Shown: piece by piece, positions 25,029 to 34,203 of the stretch
How positions within the stretch are numbered: the stretch's first letter is position 1
Layout of the letters: the number at the start of each line of letters is the position of its first letter
NCBI GenBank assembly: GCA_003978665.1
Contig: QNYQ01000027.1
Span: 1 to 52,498, forward strand
Length of the DNA stretch: 52,498 bases
Direction: 5' to 3'
Origin: Hyperthermus sp.
GTDB lineage: Archaea; Thermoproteota; Thermoprotei_A; Sulfolobales; Pyrodictiaceae
Translations under genes and position numbers: made by a program
Notes under the pieces: model-generated
Told to the model about the DNA's origin: nothing
Databases searched by the model: none
Seen by the model: the letters and a program-made list of their open reading frames with translations, nothing else

Positions 25029-26750
25029 ATGGGCTTGTCTCGTGTACTCATACTTGACGGCTACACCGATGAGCCTGCTGGCTTTGGGGTTCCACCCTAC
25101 ATTGACGTCTACCCCAGGTATATTGCTGGTGCTCTATGGCTTGTGGACCCTGGCATTGTAGTGCACTATGTCACTGTTGATGAGGCTAGGAGGGACCTGG
25201 AGGGTTTCTTGGAGAGAGCCAACAGCTACGACCTTGTGGTCTTTATTGCAGGAGCCATTGTCCCCGGCAAGTACATTGGAGGGGAGCCTATTAGGCTAGA
25301 GGAGTTGAAGTCTTGGCCCGCCATGCTTGAGAGGCCTTTCAAGGTCCTCGTGGGCCCGGCGGCGCGCTGGGGGATAGGTAACGAGGGCGGGAGTATAGCC
25401 GTGTTGCCGCGCGAGGTCAAGAGCTCTTTTGACGCCGTGGTAACCGGGGATGTTGAAGCCTATTTCTACGAGGCAGCTAGGCATGGGGTAGAGCATGCTG
25501 AGGAGTGGAGGGTGCTGGATGACCTAGAGTTGACAGGTAAGGCTGCCGTCAAGGGGGCTAGGATAGTTAGGCAGCACCCAAACCACGGCTATAACCTCAT
25601 AGCCGAGATCGAGACCTACCGTGGCTGCGCTAGATGGATCACCGGCGGCTGCAGCTTCTGCGCAACAAGACTCTACGGCAGGCCCAGGCAGAGAACCCCT
25701 CTTAGCGTGGTAAGAGAGGTTGAGGCACTCTACCTTGAGGGTGTCAGGCACTTCCGGATCGGAAGGCAGGCAGACATAATCGTTTACGGCAGCCGGGAGC
25801 TGGGCGAGGAGGAGTGGCCCAAGCCCGAGCCCGAAATGCTTAGGAGGCTCTTCCACGGGCTGAGAATGGTTGCTCCAGGGCTTGAGACGCTCCACATAGA
25901 TAATGTAAACCCGGGCACGCTCGTAAGGCATCGCGAGGAGAGCGTTGAAGCCCTGAAGACAATAATAAAATACCACACGCCAGGCGATGTTGCAGCGCTA
26001 GGCATTGAAACAGCCGACCCGCGGGTAGTGAAGATAAACAACCTCAAGACAATGCCCGATGAAAGCCTGGAGGCGGTGAGGCTAGTTAATAGAGTGGGGA
26101 ATAAGCCCTCTCCCCTAGGCCTGCCCGAGCTGCTGCCAGGCATAAACTTTGTTCTCGGATTACCCGGGGAGACCAGTGAGACGTACAGGCTTAACCTGGA
26201 GTTCCTAGAGAGGATCTACGAGGAGGGGCTTCTCGTAAGGCGCATAAACGTGCGCAAGGTCCTCGTCCTGCCTGGGACAAGGCTTGTGAAGGAGAAGGTG
26301 CTGGAGAGGCTTAGGAGGCATGAGAGGCTCGCTAAAATATTTAGGCGCGAGGTAATGCGCTACTCCAGGATGTTCCTGGAGAGACTATTGCCCAGAGGCT
26401 CTATCCTATGCTGCGTCTACGTGGAGAAGTATTCAGAATCCCTCGGAGTAACCTTCGCGAGGCAGGCTGGCAGCTACCCTGTCGTAGTAGAGCTGCCCTG
26501 CAAGCTCCCACGCCGGATGCTGAAGAGAGTATTCATCTACGACGTCTCCGCTAGAAGCGTGAGGGGACTACCCCTCCCCCTAAACGCCAACACCACCCCC
26601 CTAACACTGCTCTCAAGGGTCCTGGGCCGCACGCTAGCACTCAGGATAGCGGGCAGCCGCCCGTTAAAAACGGAGGAAGAACTACAAAAAATACTAGGCG
26701 AGAAGGGAGGGGAGAGCCTAGTGTCCCTAAACGGGTTTAGCTGCAAGTAA
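25029..26750 (+). CDS. radical SAM protein, COG1031-like (Cys-free flavodoxin-like N-domain, Cx7Cx2C, TRAM-like barrel, C-terminal helix-hairpin-helix)
   Basis: ILDGYTDEPAGFGVPPYIDVYPRYIAGA at the N-terminus. YRGCARWITGGCSFCATRLYGRPRQR carries C200-x7-C208-x2-C211. TRAM-like LCCVYVEKYSESLGVTFARQAGSYPVVVEL. HhH-like LSRVLGRTLALRIAGSRPLKTEEEL. Confidence 0.85.
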   Translation: MGLSRVLILDGYTDEPAGFGVPPYIDVYPRYIAGALWLVDPGIVVHYVTVDEARRDLEGFLERANSYDLVVFIAGAIVPGKYIGGEPIRLEELKSWPAMLERPFKVLVGPAARWGIGNEGGSIAVLPREVKSSFDAVVTGDVEAYFYEAARHGVEHAEEWRVLDDLELTGKAAVKGARIVRQHPNHGYNLIAEIETYRGCARWITGGCSFCATRLYGRPRQRTPLSVVREVEALYLEGVRHFRIGRQADIIVYGSRELGEEEWPKPEPEMLRRLFHGLRMVAPGLETLHIDNVNPGTLVRHREESVEALKTIIKYHTPGDVAALGIETADPRVVKINNLKTMPDESLEAVRLVNRVGNKPSPLGLPELLPGINFVLGLPGETSETYRLNLEFLERIYEEGLLVRRINVRKVLVLPGTRLVKEKVLERLRRHERLAKIFRREVMRYSRMFLERLLPRGSILCCVYVEKYSESLGVTFARQAGSYPVVVELPCKLPRRMLKRVFIYDVSARSVRGLPLPLNANTTPLTLLSRVLGRTLALRIAGSRPLKTEEELQKILGEKGGESLVSLNGFSCK

Positions 26751-26827
26751 TAAACCCCGTCCAAGACCCTTACGCTTAGGGTGTGCGGGGAAAGAGGGGG
26801 GTGGGCTAAAAGCCATAGCATTCAGCT

Positions 26828-26856
26828 AAATAGTTTTTAAGTTTGCTTTATTGAAA
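26828..26856 (+). promoter_or_regulatory. AT-rich promoter region (AAATAGTTTTTAAG / CTTTATTGAAA) for 26898..28739
   Basis: This is the only strongly AT-rich stretch in the 147-bp spacer, 45-70 nt upstream of the start. Confidence 0.4.
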
Positions 26857-26897
26857 TCTTAGCTTGCAGTAGCTTTGTGGGCGAAGGACTGTGTTGA

Positions 26898-28739
26898 GTG
26901 ATGAGGGAAGAGGGTATGGATGAGAGCATGAAGCCGTTAGAGAAGTCTAGGGCGGACAGCGGGCTGCTTGACGCTCCCAGCATCTTCGATGCTAAGAGCG
27001 GGAGGATCACTATAAACGGTAGGGAAATCGCCTTCGGAGGCCCCCTCCCGAGGCTCGGGGAGGGGGAGAAGCTTATCGCCTATACCACGAGCCTCTGCCC
27101 CTACTGCTACAGGGTGCTGCCCGCAGTCATCTTCGAGAGGGAGGGCAAGGTCTTCATTAAGAGGACTTGCCCGGAGCACGGCACCATCGAGGAACTATAC
27201 TTCAGCAGCTCCAGGCTCTACCATAGGTTTATGAGGTTTGAGGAGGAGGGTATAGGCGTAACCCCTCACGTCAAGCTTAGGTCCCCCTGCCCCTTCAACT
27301 GCGGCCTCTGCCCCCGCCACAAGAACCACACGGCACTGGCCAACCTTGTGGTCACTAACCGCTGTGACCTCTCATGCTGGTACTGTTTCTTCTACGCCGA
27401 GAAGGTGGGCTACGTCTATGAGCCGAGCCTTGAGCAGATTAGGGAGATGATAAGGCAGTATAGGAAGGAAGGAGTGAGCATGGCCGTACAGATCACTGGC
27501 GGGGAGCCCACGCTCCGCCCGGACCTACCGGAGATAATAAGGCTGTTGAAGGAGGAGGGGGTTACCCATATACAGTTAAACACTCATGGAGTAACGTTCG
27601 CTAGGATGTGGTTCGAGGAGGGAGTTGAGGCCGCCGTTAAATATGCTAGGGTTCTCCGTGAAGCCGGGCTTAACACGGTATACATGAGCTTCGACGGTGT
27701 AACCCCCAGAGCCAACCCGAAGAACCACTGGGAGGCCCCCTACACGCTTGAAGTATTCCGGAAGGCCGGGGTTACCAGTGTCGTGCTAGTCCCCACCGTT
27801 ATAAAATCCATTAATGACGGAGAGCTCGGCGACATCATAAGGTTCGCGGCCAAGCACATAGACGTTGTCAGGGGAGTCAACTTCCAGCCCGTAAGCCTCA
27901 CCGGGAGGATGAGGAGGGATGTTAGGGAGAAGTATCGTGTAACAATACCAGATGTGCTGCAATGGGTCGAGGAGCAGACAGACGGCCAGATACCGGCCGA
28001 GTCATGGTTCCCCATCCCGGTCGCAGCAAAGTTCTCCTATTTCATCGAGGCGTTGAGCGGAGAGCTGAAGGTGTGCATGGGCAACCACCCCGCCTGCGGC
28101 TCTGCTACGTACGTGTTCATCGAGAGGGGGGCCGACGGCCTACCCTCAAGGTTCATACCGATAACGTCCTTCTTCGATGTTGAAGGCTTCATAGAGTACA
28201 TAGAGGAGAAGACGGGGGAGCTCCGCAAAACAGAGGATGCACTATTCTCAAGGTTCAGGAAGACCTTGCAGGCAGCATCCATACTAAAAGACCTGCCAAA
28301 GTTTATTGATAGGGAGAAGCTGCCCCAGGGACTCAACATAACCAAGCTGCTCATGAACGTGTTTATAAAAAGGAACTATGAAGCCCTAGGCCAGCTCCAC
28401 TACAAGATGCTATTCCTGGGGAACATGCACTTCATGGACCTCTACAACTATGACGTGGAGAGGGTGATGAGATGCAACATACACTACCTCTCGCCGGACG
28501 GCAGGGTAATACCGTTCTGCGCGTACAACGTACTCAACGACATCTACCGCGACAACATACTATGGAAGTATAGGATCGGGCTCGACGAGTACAAGAAGAG
28601 GTACGGAGAGAAAAGCGTAGGGCCCGGAGTCAAATACGTCAGGAACATAAAGCTCCTGAAGAGCACACCAATATACTACGAAGCCTACAAGGGAATAGTA
28701 CCGGACAGCGTGCTCAAGGGAGGAGCCGCCAAGAGCTAA
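26898..28739 (+). CDS. tes: radical SAM protein, tetraether lipid synthase (Tes / GDGT-MAS)-like
   Basis: N-terminal rubredoxin-like CPYC...CPEHG, then CPFNCGLCPRHKNHT, the radical SAM motif NRCDLSCWYC and ITGGEPTLRP. Length of 613 aa. The family assignment is from memory of MJ0619/Tes-type proteins. The CDS call is firmer than the function. Confidence 0.75.
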   Translation: MMREEGMDESMKPLEKSRADSGLLDAPSIFDAKSGRITINGREIAFGGPLPRLGEGEKLIAYTTSLCPYCYRVLPAVIFEREGKVFIKRTCPEHGTIEELYFSSSRLYHRFMRFEEEGIGVTPHVKLRSPCPFNCGLCPRHKNHTALANLVVTNRCDLSCWYCFFYAEKVGYVYEPSLEQIREMIRQYRKEGVSMAVQITGGEPTLRPDLPEIIRLLKEEGVTHIQLNTHGVTFARMWFEEGVEAAVKYARVLREAGLNTVYMSFDGVTPRANPKNHWEAPYTLEVFRKAGVTSVVLVPTVIKSINDGELGDIIRFAAKHIDVVRGVNFQPVSLTGRMRRDVREKYRVTIPDVLQWVEEQTDGQIPAESWFPIPVAAKFSYFIEALSGELKVCMGNHPACGSATYVFIERGADGLPSRFIPITSFFDVEGFIEYIEEKTGELRKTEDALFSRFRKTLQAASILKDLPKFIDREKLPQGLNITKLLMNVFIKRNYEALGQLHYKMLFLGNMHFMDLYNYDVERVMRCNIHYLSPDGRVIPFCAYNVLNDIYRDNILWKYRIGLDEYKKRYGEKSVGPGVKYVRNIKLLKSTPIYYEAYKGIVPDSVLKGGAAKS

Positions 28740-28866
28740 GAAGCCGGCAGCACCAGCACTCGACGCATAACGTCTCGCGCACAACCACCCGTGCCCCAGA
28801 AGGTTTCTCTCATCCCCCTACTGTCAAGCAGCAGGCTCCTAGGAGCCAGAAGGGCATGCAGAGGGT

Positions 28867-29631
28867 TTACTGTGGCTGTTTTACCTCTAGCCTGCTGAGC
28901 CAGTGTTTTTTGAAGATTGACCATACGGTCTCCATGACGTGTCCTTCTTCGACACCCTTGATAGCGGCGATCTCCCTCACAACCCTGGATACCATTGTGG
29001 GGCTTAAGTGTAGCCCCCTATACTTGTAGGGGGCGTCGCTCTCAGTCAGCATTATCTCTAGTGGAGCCTCCCTAACAACATTCCTGTGCTTAGCCTGGAT
29101 CGCTATGGCCGGGTTTATTGAGATCGTGTAGCCTAGGCTGGCAATGTCTCTAATCAGGTGGATGGGGCCGGTATACCAGTGGAAGTTAGCGTAGCCTACA
29201 TCGTATCTCACGAGGAGGCGGAGAACCTCCTCCCATGTCCCTGCAGTGTGAAGGTTTAGTATGAGGCCATGGTCGCGGGAGGCTTCAAGGAATACCCTGA
29301 ATACTTCACGCTGCAGGCTAATGGTGTCTCCAACAAACTTGGTGTCAAGCCCTACCTCGCCAAGACACTTGACTCCCTCCCTTAACGCCATCTCGACAAC
29401 CCTCTCTGCCTGGGAAACGCTCTCCCTGCCCTTAACCTCCCATGGATGAACCCCAACGCAGGGTATGACGTCTTCAACAAGCCTTGAAGCCCTAAGGGTC
29501 TTCATGGACGAGTCCAAGTCGTCTGATACAGCCACTATTACGAGCCTGTTCTCCCTTACGATGGTGGAGAGAAAGCCTATGTCATACTCGTGCGCGTGAC
29601 TGTGAACATCGACATACCTAGCCTCCATCAA
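28867..29631 (-). CDS. tatD: TatD-family metal-dependent hydrolase
   Basis: VDVHSHAHEY at the N-terminus, internal GEVGLD, LHTAG and a late TESDAPY motif. Confidence 0.85.
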   Translation of the reverse strand: MMEARYVDVHSHAHEYDIGFLSTIVRENRLVIVAVSDDLDSSMKTLRASRLVEDVIPCVGVHPWEVKGRESVSQAERVVEMALREGVKCLGEVGLDTKFVGDTISLQREVFRVFLEASRDHGLILNLHTAGTWEEVLRLLVRYDVGYANFHWYTGPIHLIRDIASLGYTISINPAIAIQAKHRNVVREAPLEIMLTESDAPYKYRGLHLSPTMVSRVVREIAAIKGVEEGHVMETVWSIFKKHWLSRLEVKQPQ

Positions 29632-29728
29632 CCCCTCACCCTTTTTTCACGCTCAGTCAGGCACCGTGGTTGTTTGCTTCCGGGTTTAGGGTATCGGTCT
29701 ATGAGAGTGCTTTTGGCGCCTTCATCCC

Positions 29729-29968
29729 CTACACTACCACCGGTATCCTCGCTCTCCTCAAGAGCTCGCGGAACTCCTCTAGAGCTAGCCCGGCGAGCCT
29801 GGCTGCCAGCCTTATGTCCCCCCTCTCAATATAGTATTTTAGTGCTTCTCTTATTCTTGCTGGCTGCTTGTTTATGAACTCCCAGTCAGCCATAGAACGC
29901 CTAATCCTCCTAGCCTCTTCCTCCTCAAGGTAAACTACCTCGTCAAGCTGCTCCCCCTCATCCCGCAT
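29729..29968 (-). CDS. UPF0175-family antitoxin-like protein (copy 2, downstream of the PIN gene)
   Basis: IREALKYYIERGDIRLAARLAGLALEEFRELLRRARIPV is UPF0175/COG2886-like. Shares an 87-bp identical segment with 30506..30730. Confidence 0.7.
   Translation of the reverse strand: MRDEGEQLDEVVYLEEEEARRIRRSMADWEFINKQPARIREALKYYIERGDIRLAARLAGLALEEFRELLRRARIPVVV
29831..29917. repeat. 87-bp perfect direct repeat, copy A (inside antitoxin copy 2)
   Basis: atagtattttagtgcttctcttattcttgctggctgcttgtttatgaactcccagtcagccatagaacgcctaatcctcctagcctc is identical to 30608-30694. Confidence 0.9.
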
Positions 29969-30516
29969 ATCCTTCTCACCTCCTCCACTGCCGTCTGCAG
30001 AGCCTTAGTGGGGAATACGTGCAGCGTGTCTGACGCGTACTCTTCAAACACTCTTCCCGGCCGATTACAGTCGGCCTCAAGTATGCCCGTCTTCACAGCC
30101 TCCAATATGACTTCGAGAGCCCTCCACACGCTGACACTTCCATAGTCCCTAAACACCCGGGGCGCTAGCAGGGCTGCCCTATTCTCGGTCAACACGATGT
30201 AGCCCCTCCGCCTCCCAGCCACAAGACAAAGGGCTTCAGGAAGCTCCATTGAGGGGAGCTGTGGGTGGAGATGACTCCTTTCAATGAGCTGGCGTGCCTC
30301 CTCTATCTCACTAGCCACGGGAGTATAGAGCGCCAGCACACCCTCCGTGAGCCCCCGCGTAATCCATGATATCGTCTCCTCGGACCTAACCTCATCGAGC
30401 ACCTGCTCCGGCACGAAGACGGTGCTGAATAGCTTGAACAAGATGCCCTTGTGACGGTAGCGTGCCCAGTCTATGAGGAAGCAGGTATCGGCTATTGCGA
30501 AGGATCTAGGCGACAT
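29935..30516 (-). CDS. PIN-like nuclease domain protein (DUF3368/COG2405-type toxin)
   Basis: FAIADTCFLID...VFVPEQVLDEV...ELPEALCLV...IVLTENRAA follows the PIN acidic-residue pattern. Flanked by and overlapping UPF0175 genes, the known cognate partner family. Confidence 0.7.
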   Translation of the reverse strand: MSPRSFAIADTCFLIDWARYRHKGILFKLFSTVFVPEQVLDEVRSEETISWITRGLTEGVLALYTPVASEIEEARQLIERSHLHPQLPSMELPEALCLVAGRRRGYIVLTENRAALLAPRVFRDYGSVSVWRALEVILEAVKTGILEADCNRPGRVFEEYASDTLHVFPTKALQTAVEEVRRICGMRGSSLTR

Positions 30517-30730
30517 TGGGTATCTTCGCCCTTATACGCAGCTCGTTGAACTCCTCAACGGTTACTCCGGCTATGCGTGAGGCGACGTAGAGGTCTCCCG
30601 TTTCAACATAGTATTTTAGTGCTTCTCTTATTCTTGCTGGCTGCTTGTTTATGAACTCCCAGTCAGCCATAGAACGCCTAATCCTCCTAGCCTCCTCCGC
30701 ATCGGCCAGCATGCTGACCGTCTGGGCCAA
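30506..30730 (-). CDS. UPF0175-family antitoxin-like protein (copy 1, upstream of the PIN gene)
   Basis: IREALKYYVETGDLYVASRIAGVTVEEFNELRIRAKIP. Overlaps the PIN gene start by 11 nt. Confidence 0.7.
   Translation of the reverse strand: MAQTVSMLADAEEARRIRRSMADWEFINKQPARIREALKYYVETGDLYVASRIAGVTVEEFNELRIRAKIPNVA
30608..30694. repeat. 87-bp perfect direct repeat, copy B (inside antitoxin copy 1)
   Basis: Identical to 29831-29917. The flanks diverge immediately. Confidence 0.9.
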
Positions 30731-30803
30731 TACCCTCTCCCAACCTATTCCATGTAGTCTTCCAGGTTTTTTAATGATACCATTGAGCAGCCCGGCAGAA
30801 GAG

Positions 30804-31964
30804 TTAGCTAACGGGCTCGTATACTATGCCGAGCCTGCTGGCAATACTATACGCCTCTTCTATCTCATCCCTCCTTAAGCTCCTAGCTATCTCCCTCCAC
30901 CTCCTAGGATACTTGAGCACCATGTGCTCTGGCCTATACTGGTCCATTATGTTTACGAGCACCTTGTCGAGTCTCAAGTTGCTGGCTATCCACTCCAGTA
31001 CTCTTCTCGTGCAGCACTCCACGTGGCCTGGGAGGACTAGGTGGCGTATAATCATGTCGCCGTTCTCCGCGGCTATTTTCAGGTTTCTTGTGACGACTTC
31101 AAAGTAGTTTGGGACAGCTGACAGTCTTAGGGCGCACTTGTTGTTGCCGTACTTGAAGTCGGGGAGCCAGAGGTCTATTAGGTCGCTCAATACGAGTGTC
31201 GCGTCAAGGGTCATGTACATGTTGGAGTTCCATATCTGGGGCACGTTCACGTCGAGGAACTTGAAGGATTCCACTATTACGTGGAGGCTTGGAGTGGGCT
31301 CGCCGCCTACATGGTTTATGTTCCTTGCGCCGTGAACCCGCAGCTCCCTCTGTATTAGAGCGAGCCGTCTTGCATCAACTCTTCCAGCCATCCTGGGATA
31401 TACCTGGCTTATGTCGTAGTTTTGGCAGTAGACGCACGTGAAGTTGCAGCCCCCGTAGAATATTGTTCCGCTCGGAACCAGGGGTGGCTCCTCGCCCAGG
31501 TGGTGGAACCAGCTGTGGACGTAGACGTTGTAGTCCAGCCTGCACGCGCCAATACTCTTCTCCCTATCTACGCCGCACCTTCTCTCGCATAGCCTGCAGG
31601 GTTTTGAGAGCAGCTTGACGATCCTCACGTCGACGTCAAGGAGGCTGGTGGAGGGGGGGCTTCTACTGTCTCTCCTATAGTCTTCGAGGCTGTATTTGCC
31701 GTGTAGCGCATGCGTGACTAGGCCTTCTAGCTCGCGTCTGTAGCTCCTCCTGGCATCCTTCAACTCCTCCAAGCCCATGTCATCAATTCTTTCAGGCACC
31801 TCAACAAGCTTAGCCAACAGGAACTTTGCCGGGGCATCATCCCGCATGACAGCATAGTACCAGGACAGAGCCCTCCTAACCCTAACATCATCCCACACGA
31901 GAACAGCGTCTGGACGGAGCCTAGCCCACAGCCCGGCCGGGACATACCGGTCGAGCAAATGCAT
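30804..31964 (-). CDS. radical SAM protein, PflX/COG1313-like (pyruvate formate-lyase activase homolog)
   Basis: YGGCNFTCVYCQNYDISQ plus an upstream Cys cluster CRLCERRCGVDREKSIGAC. Confidence 0.8.
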   Translation of the reverse strand: MHLLDRYVPAGLWARLRPDAVLVWDDVRVRRALSWYYAVMRDDAPAKFLLAKLVEVPERIDDMGLEELKDARRSYRRELEGLVTHALHGKYSLEDYRRDSRSPPSTSLLDVDVRIVKLLSKPCRLCERRCGVDREKSIGACRLDYNVYVHSWFHHLGEEPPLVPSGTIFYGGCNFTCVYCQNYDISQVYPRMAGRVDARRLALIQRELRVHGARNINHVGGEPTPSLHVIVESFKFLDVNVPQIWNSNMYMTLDATLVLSDLIDLWLPDFKYGNNKCALRLSAVPNYFEVVTRNLKIAAENGDMIIRHLVLPGHVECCTRRVLEWIASNLRLDKVLVNIMDQYRPEHMVLKYPRRWREIARSLRRDEIEEAYSIASRLGIVYEPVS

Positions 31965-31966
31965 CT

Positions 31967-33352
31967 TTACCTCTTGCCCCGGGATGACACGGGGTAAATG
32001 TAGTCTCTCGGAGCCTTCTTAAACACTTCAAGATACGGCCGGAGCACCTTAGGTATCTTGACTACTCCATCCTCGTCCTGATGGTTCTCGAGTATTGCAG
32101 TGATCGTTCTGGTAGAGGCTATTGCGGTAGAGTTCAGCATGTGGACGTACTCTCTCTGCATCCCCTTCCTCCTCACAAGCCTTACGCCAAGCCTATAGCT
32201 CTGCCAGTCAGTAGTATTGCTGGCGCTCACCATCTCCCTATACCTACCCTGAGCAGGCATCCAAACCTCAAGGTCATACTTCTTCGCTGCAGGAGCACCG
32301 AGCTCGCCCGAGGCCACGTTAACCACCCTGTAGGGTAGCTCCAGGCCCTGGAAGAGCTGCTCAGCGTTCGCTATGAGCTCCTCAAGCAGCTCCCAGCTCT
32401 CCTCGGGCTTGGAGTAGACGAACTGCTCCACCTTGTGGAACTGGTGTACACGGAAGATCCCCTTAAGATCCCTGTTACCCGCGCCCGCCTCGCGGCGGAA
32501 ACAGGGGCTTATGCCTAGAAGCTTTATTGGGAGCTCATCCTCCATGATCTCCTCGCCGGCATATAAACCCGCCAGGGGGTGCTCGGCCGTAGCTATTAGA
32601 TAGAGGTTTTCTCCCTCAACCTTGTATATCGCGTCACGGAACGTGTCCATGTCGATTACACCCATCAGTATATCGTACCTAACCATGTATGGGGGAATGA
32701 CAAGCCTAAACCCCTTAGCAGTCAAAACGTCTACAGCATACATTATCAACGCCATATCAAGCCAGACAAGGTCGTCGAAGAGGTAGTAGAAGCGTGAGCC
32801 AGCAACCTTACTGGCACGCAGCGTGTCACCCAGCCCGAGAACCTTCTCAAGCATATCAGCGTGGCCTATAGGCTTCCAGTCAACAACATCATAGCTCACC
32901 TGAAAACCCCGCTTAACAGTCTGCTCAAGGAAGCTCTCAAGAAACCCACGGTAGACCCTAGGCCTGCCCCAGTAGCGTAAGGGCTCATTGTACTCGTCGC
33001 TATCCCCCACGGGAACCGAGGGATGAACGATGTTGGGGAGCGAGAGGAGAAGCCTCCTCCTCTCCTCCTCAACCCTCCTAAGCCTAGCCTCAAGCTCCTC
33101 GCGCCTACGCACAATAAGCCTTGCCTCCTCTATAAGCCTCCTCTTCTCGCCGGGATCCGAGGCCTTAGACACGAGCCTCGTCACAACATTGTGCTTATGC
33201 CGTAGCTCGTCAACCTCCCTCTTAAGCTTCCTCCACAAGCCATCAAGCTCTACAGCCTTATCGATAATTGACGCATCCATCCCCCTCTTAGCCAGGCTCT
33301 CCTTCAACACGCTAGGGTTCTCGCGTAGATAGCGTAGAATACTCCAGGTCAA
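31967..33352 (-). CDS. serS: seryl-tRNA synthetase
   Basis: N-terminal coiled-coil arm, class II motif 2 CFRREAGAG...[10 protein letters not shown] and motif 3 region [18 protein letters not shown]. Confidence 0.95.
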   Translation of the reverse strand: MTWSILRYLRENPSVLKESLAKRGMDASIIDKAVELDGLWRKLKREVDELRHKHNVVTRLVSKASDPGEKRRLIEEARLIVRRREELEARLRRVEEERRRLLLSLPNIVHPSVPVGDSDEYNEPLRYWGRPRVYRGFLESFLEQTVKRGFQVSYDVVDWKPIGHADMLEKVLGLGDTLRASKVAGSRFYYLFDDLVWLDMALIMYAVDVLTAKGFRLVIPPYMVRYDILMGVIDMDTFRDAIYKVEGENLYLIATAEHPLAGLYAGEEIMEDELPIKLLGISPCFRREAGAGNRDLKGIFRVHQFHKVEQFVYSKPEESWELLEELIANAEQLFQGLELPYRVVNVASGELGAPAAKKYDLEVWMPAQGRYREMVSASNTTDWQSYRLGVRLVRRKGMQREYVHMLNSTAIASTRTITAILENHQDEDGVVKIPKVLRPYLEVFKKAPRDYIYPVSSRGKR

Positions 33353-33508
33353 GGCGGTCCTTCACTCTCCTTCCTCCCCATCCTAGCCAACGCTAGAGAA
33401 GGGATGACGCTACTGAAAAAGCTAGTCTCCGCCGGACTGTAAGCTCCGAGAGAAGGAGATCCATGAGGGGCTTGAGGTAGGAGAGGCTGTATCGTGGACT
33501 GAAACAGT

Positions 33509-33901
33509 CTAGGAGCCTGTAGGACTCTGCTTCATCATCTCATCATACCTCTTTATCCACTCCTCAACAATATCGTAGCCGAAAAGGTCCATGAGCTGGC
33601 GCCTACCCTCTTGGGTGACGCGCCTCGGATCCCAGGGTGTCTCAACATCTATTTCCACCTCGACGTCCTTTGCTTCCGGGACGTTTTGCCTAATAGCCTC
33701 CTCAGCCATGTACGCTATCTGGTATGCTACTGGGCAGCCTGGCGCAGTAACCCCGAGCCTAACCTTCACCCTCCCCTCATCATCTATGTCTATCCCGTAT
33801 ACCAGGCCGAGGTCATAAACGTTAACGGGGATCTCGGGATCGTAGACTGTCTTCAACGCCTCAATAATCTTCTCCCGCAACGCATCCCTACTGGCAGCCA
33901 T
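33509..33901 (-). CDS. DUF59/MIP18-family Fe-S assembly protein (SufT/PaaD-like)
   Basis: ALKTVYDPEIPVNVYDLGLVYGIDI...VTAPGCPV. ATG 33901 (MAASRD) is preferred over the ORF-track start at 33964. Confidence 0.8.
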   Translation of the reverse strand: MAASRDALREKIIEALKTVYDPEIPVNVYDLGLVYGIDIDDEGRVKVRLGVTAPGCPVAYQIAYMAEEAIRQNVPEAKDVEVEIDVETPWDPRRVTQEGRRQLMDLFGYDIVEEWIKRYDEMMKQSPTGS

Positions 33902-33972
33902 TAATACTCCCCTATCCCTCCCAGCAGCCCCTACAGACCCTAATATGTTAACGCGTGTATGCAATAAGGCTC

Positions 33973-34203
33973 CTACGGCGAACCGGCACGCTCTAGGGTA
34001 GCTCTAGCCAGCACGTACGCCAGCAGGGGCGCGGCCAGCGCAGCCACCATCCCAGCAGCCAGCAAGCCCCTATCACCGCTCACGCTACCACGATAGACAG
34101 TGTAGAGGCTGATGAAAGCCAACGGGACCAGGTAAGCGTTCAATATGAGCACGCCCTTAACGAACACTCGAGGAGGCACCGCCTCCACCCCCTCCTCCAA
34201 CAA
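33973..34203 (-). CDS. possible small membrane protein (76 aa or shorter)
   Basis: Two hydrophobic helices. Overlaps the 3' end of the CinA-like gene by 47 nt. Weak call. Confidence 0.3.
   Translation of the reverse strand: MLEEGVEAVPPRVFVKGVLILNAYLVPLAFISLYTVYRGSVSGDRGLLAAGMVAALAAPLLAYVLARATLERAGSP

Noticed and set aside
26897-26903. Perfect C-box heptamer GUGAUGA at the start of the tes-like gene. Similar heptamers occur inside CDSs at about 10605, 33545 and 46075.
   Set aside because: There is no correctly spaced D or D' box, and all lie in coding sequence, so these are chance occurrences.
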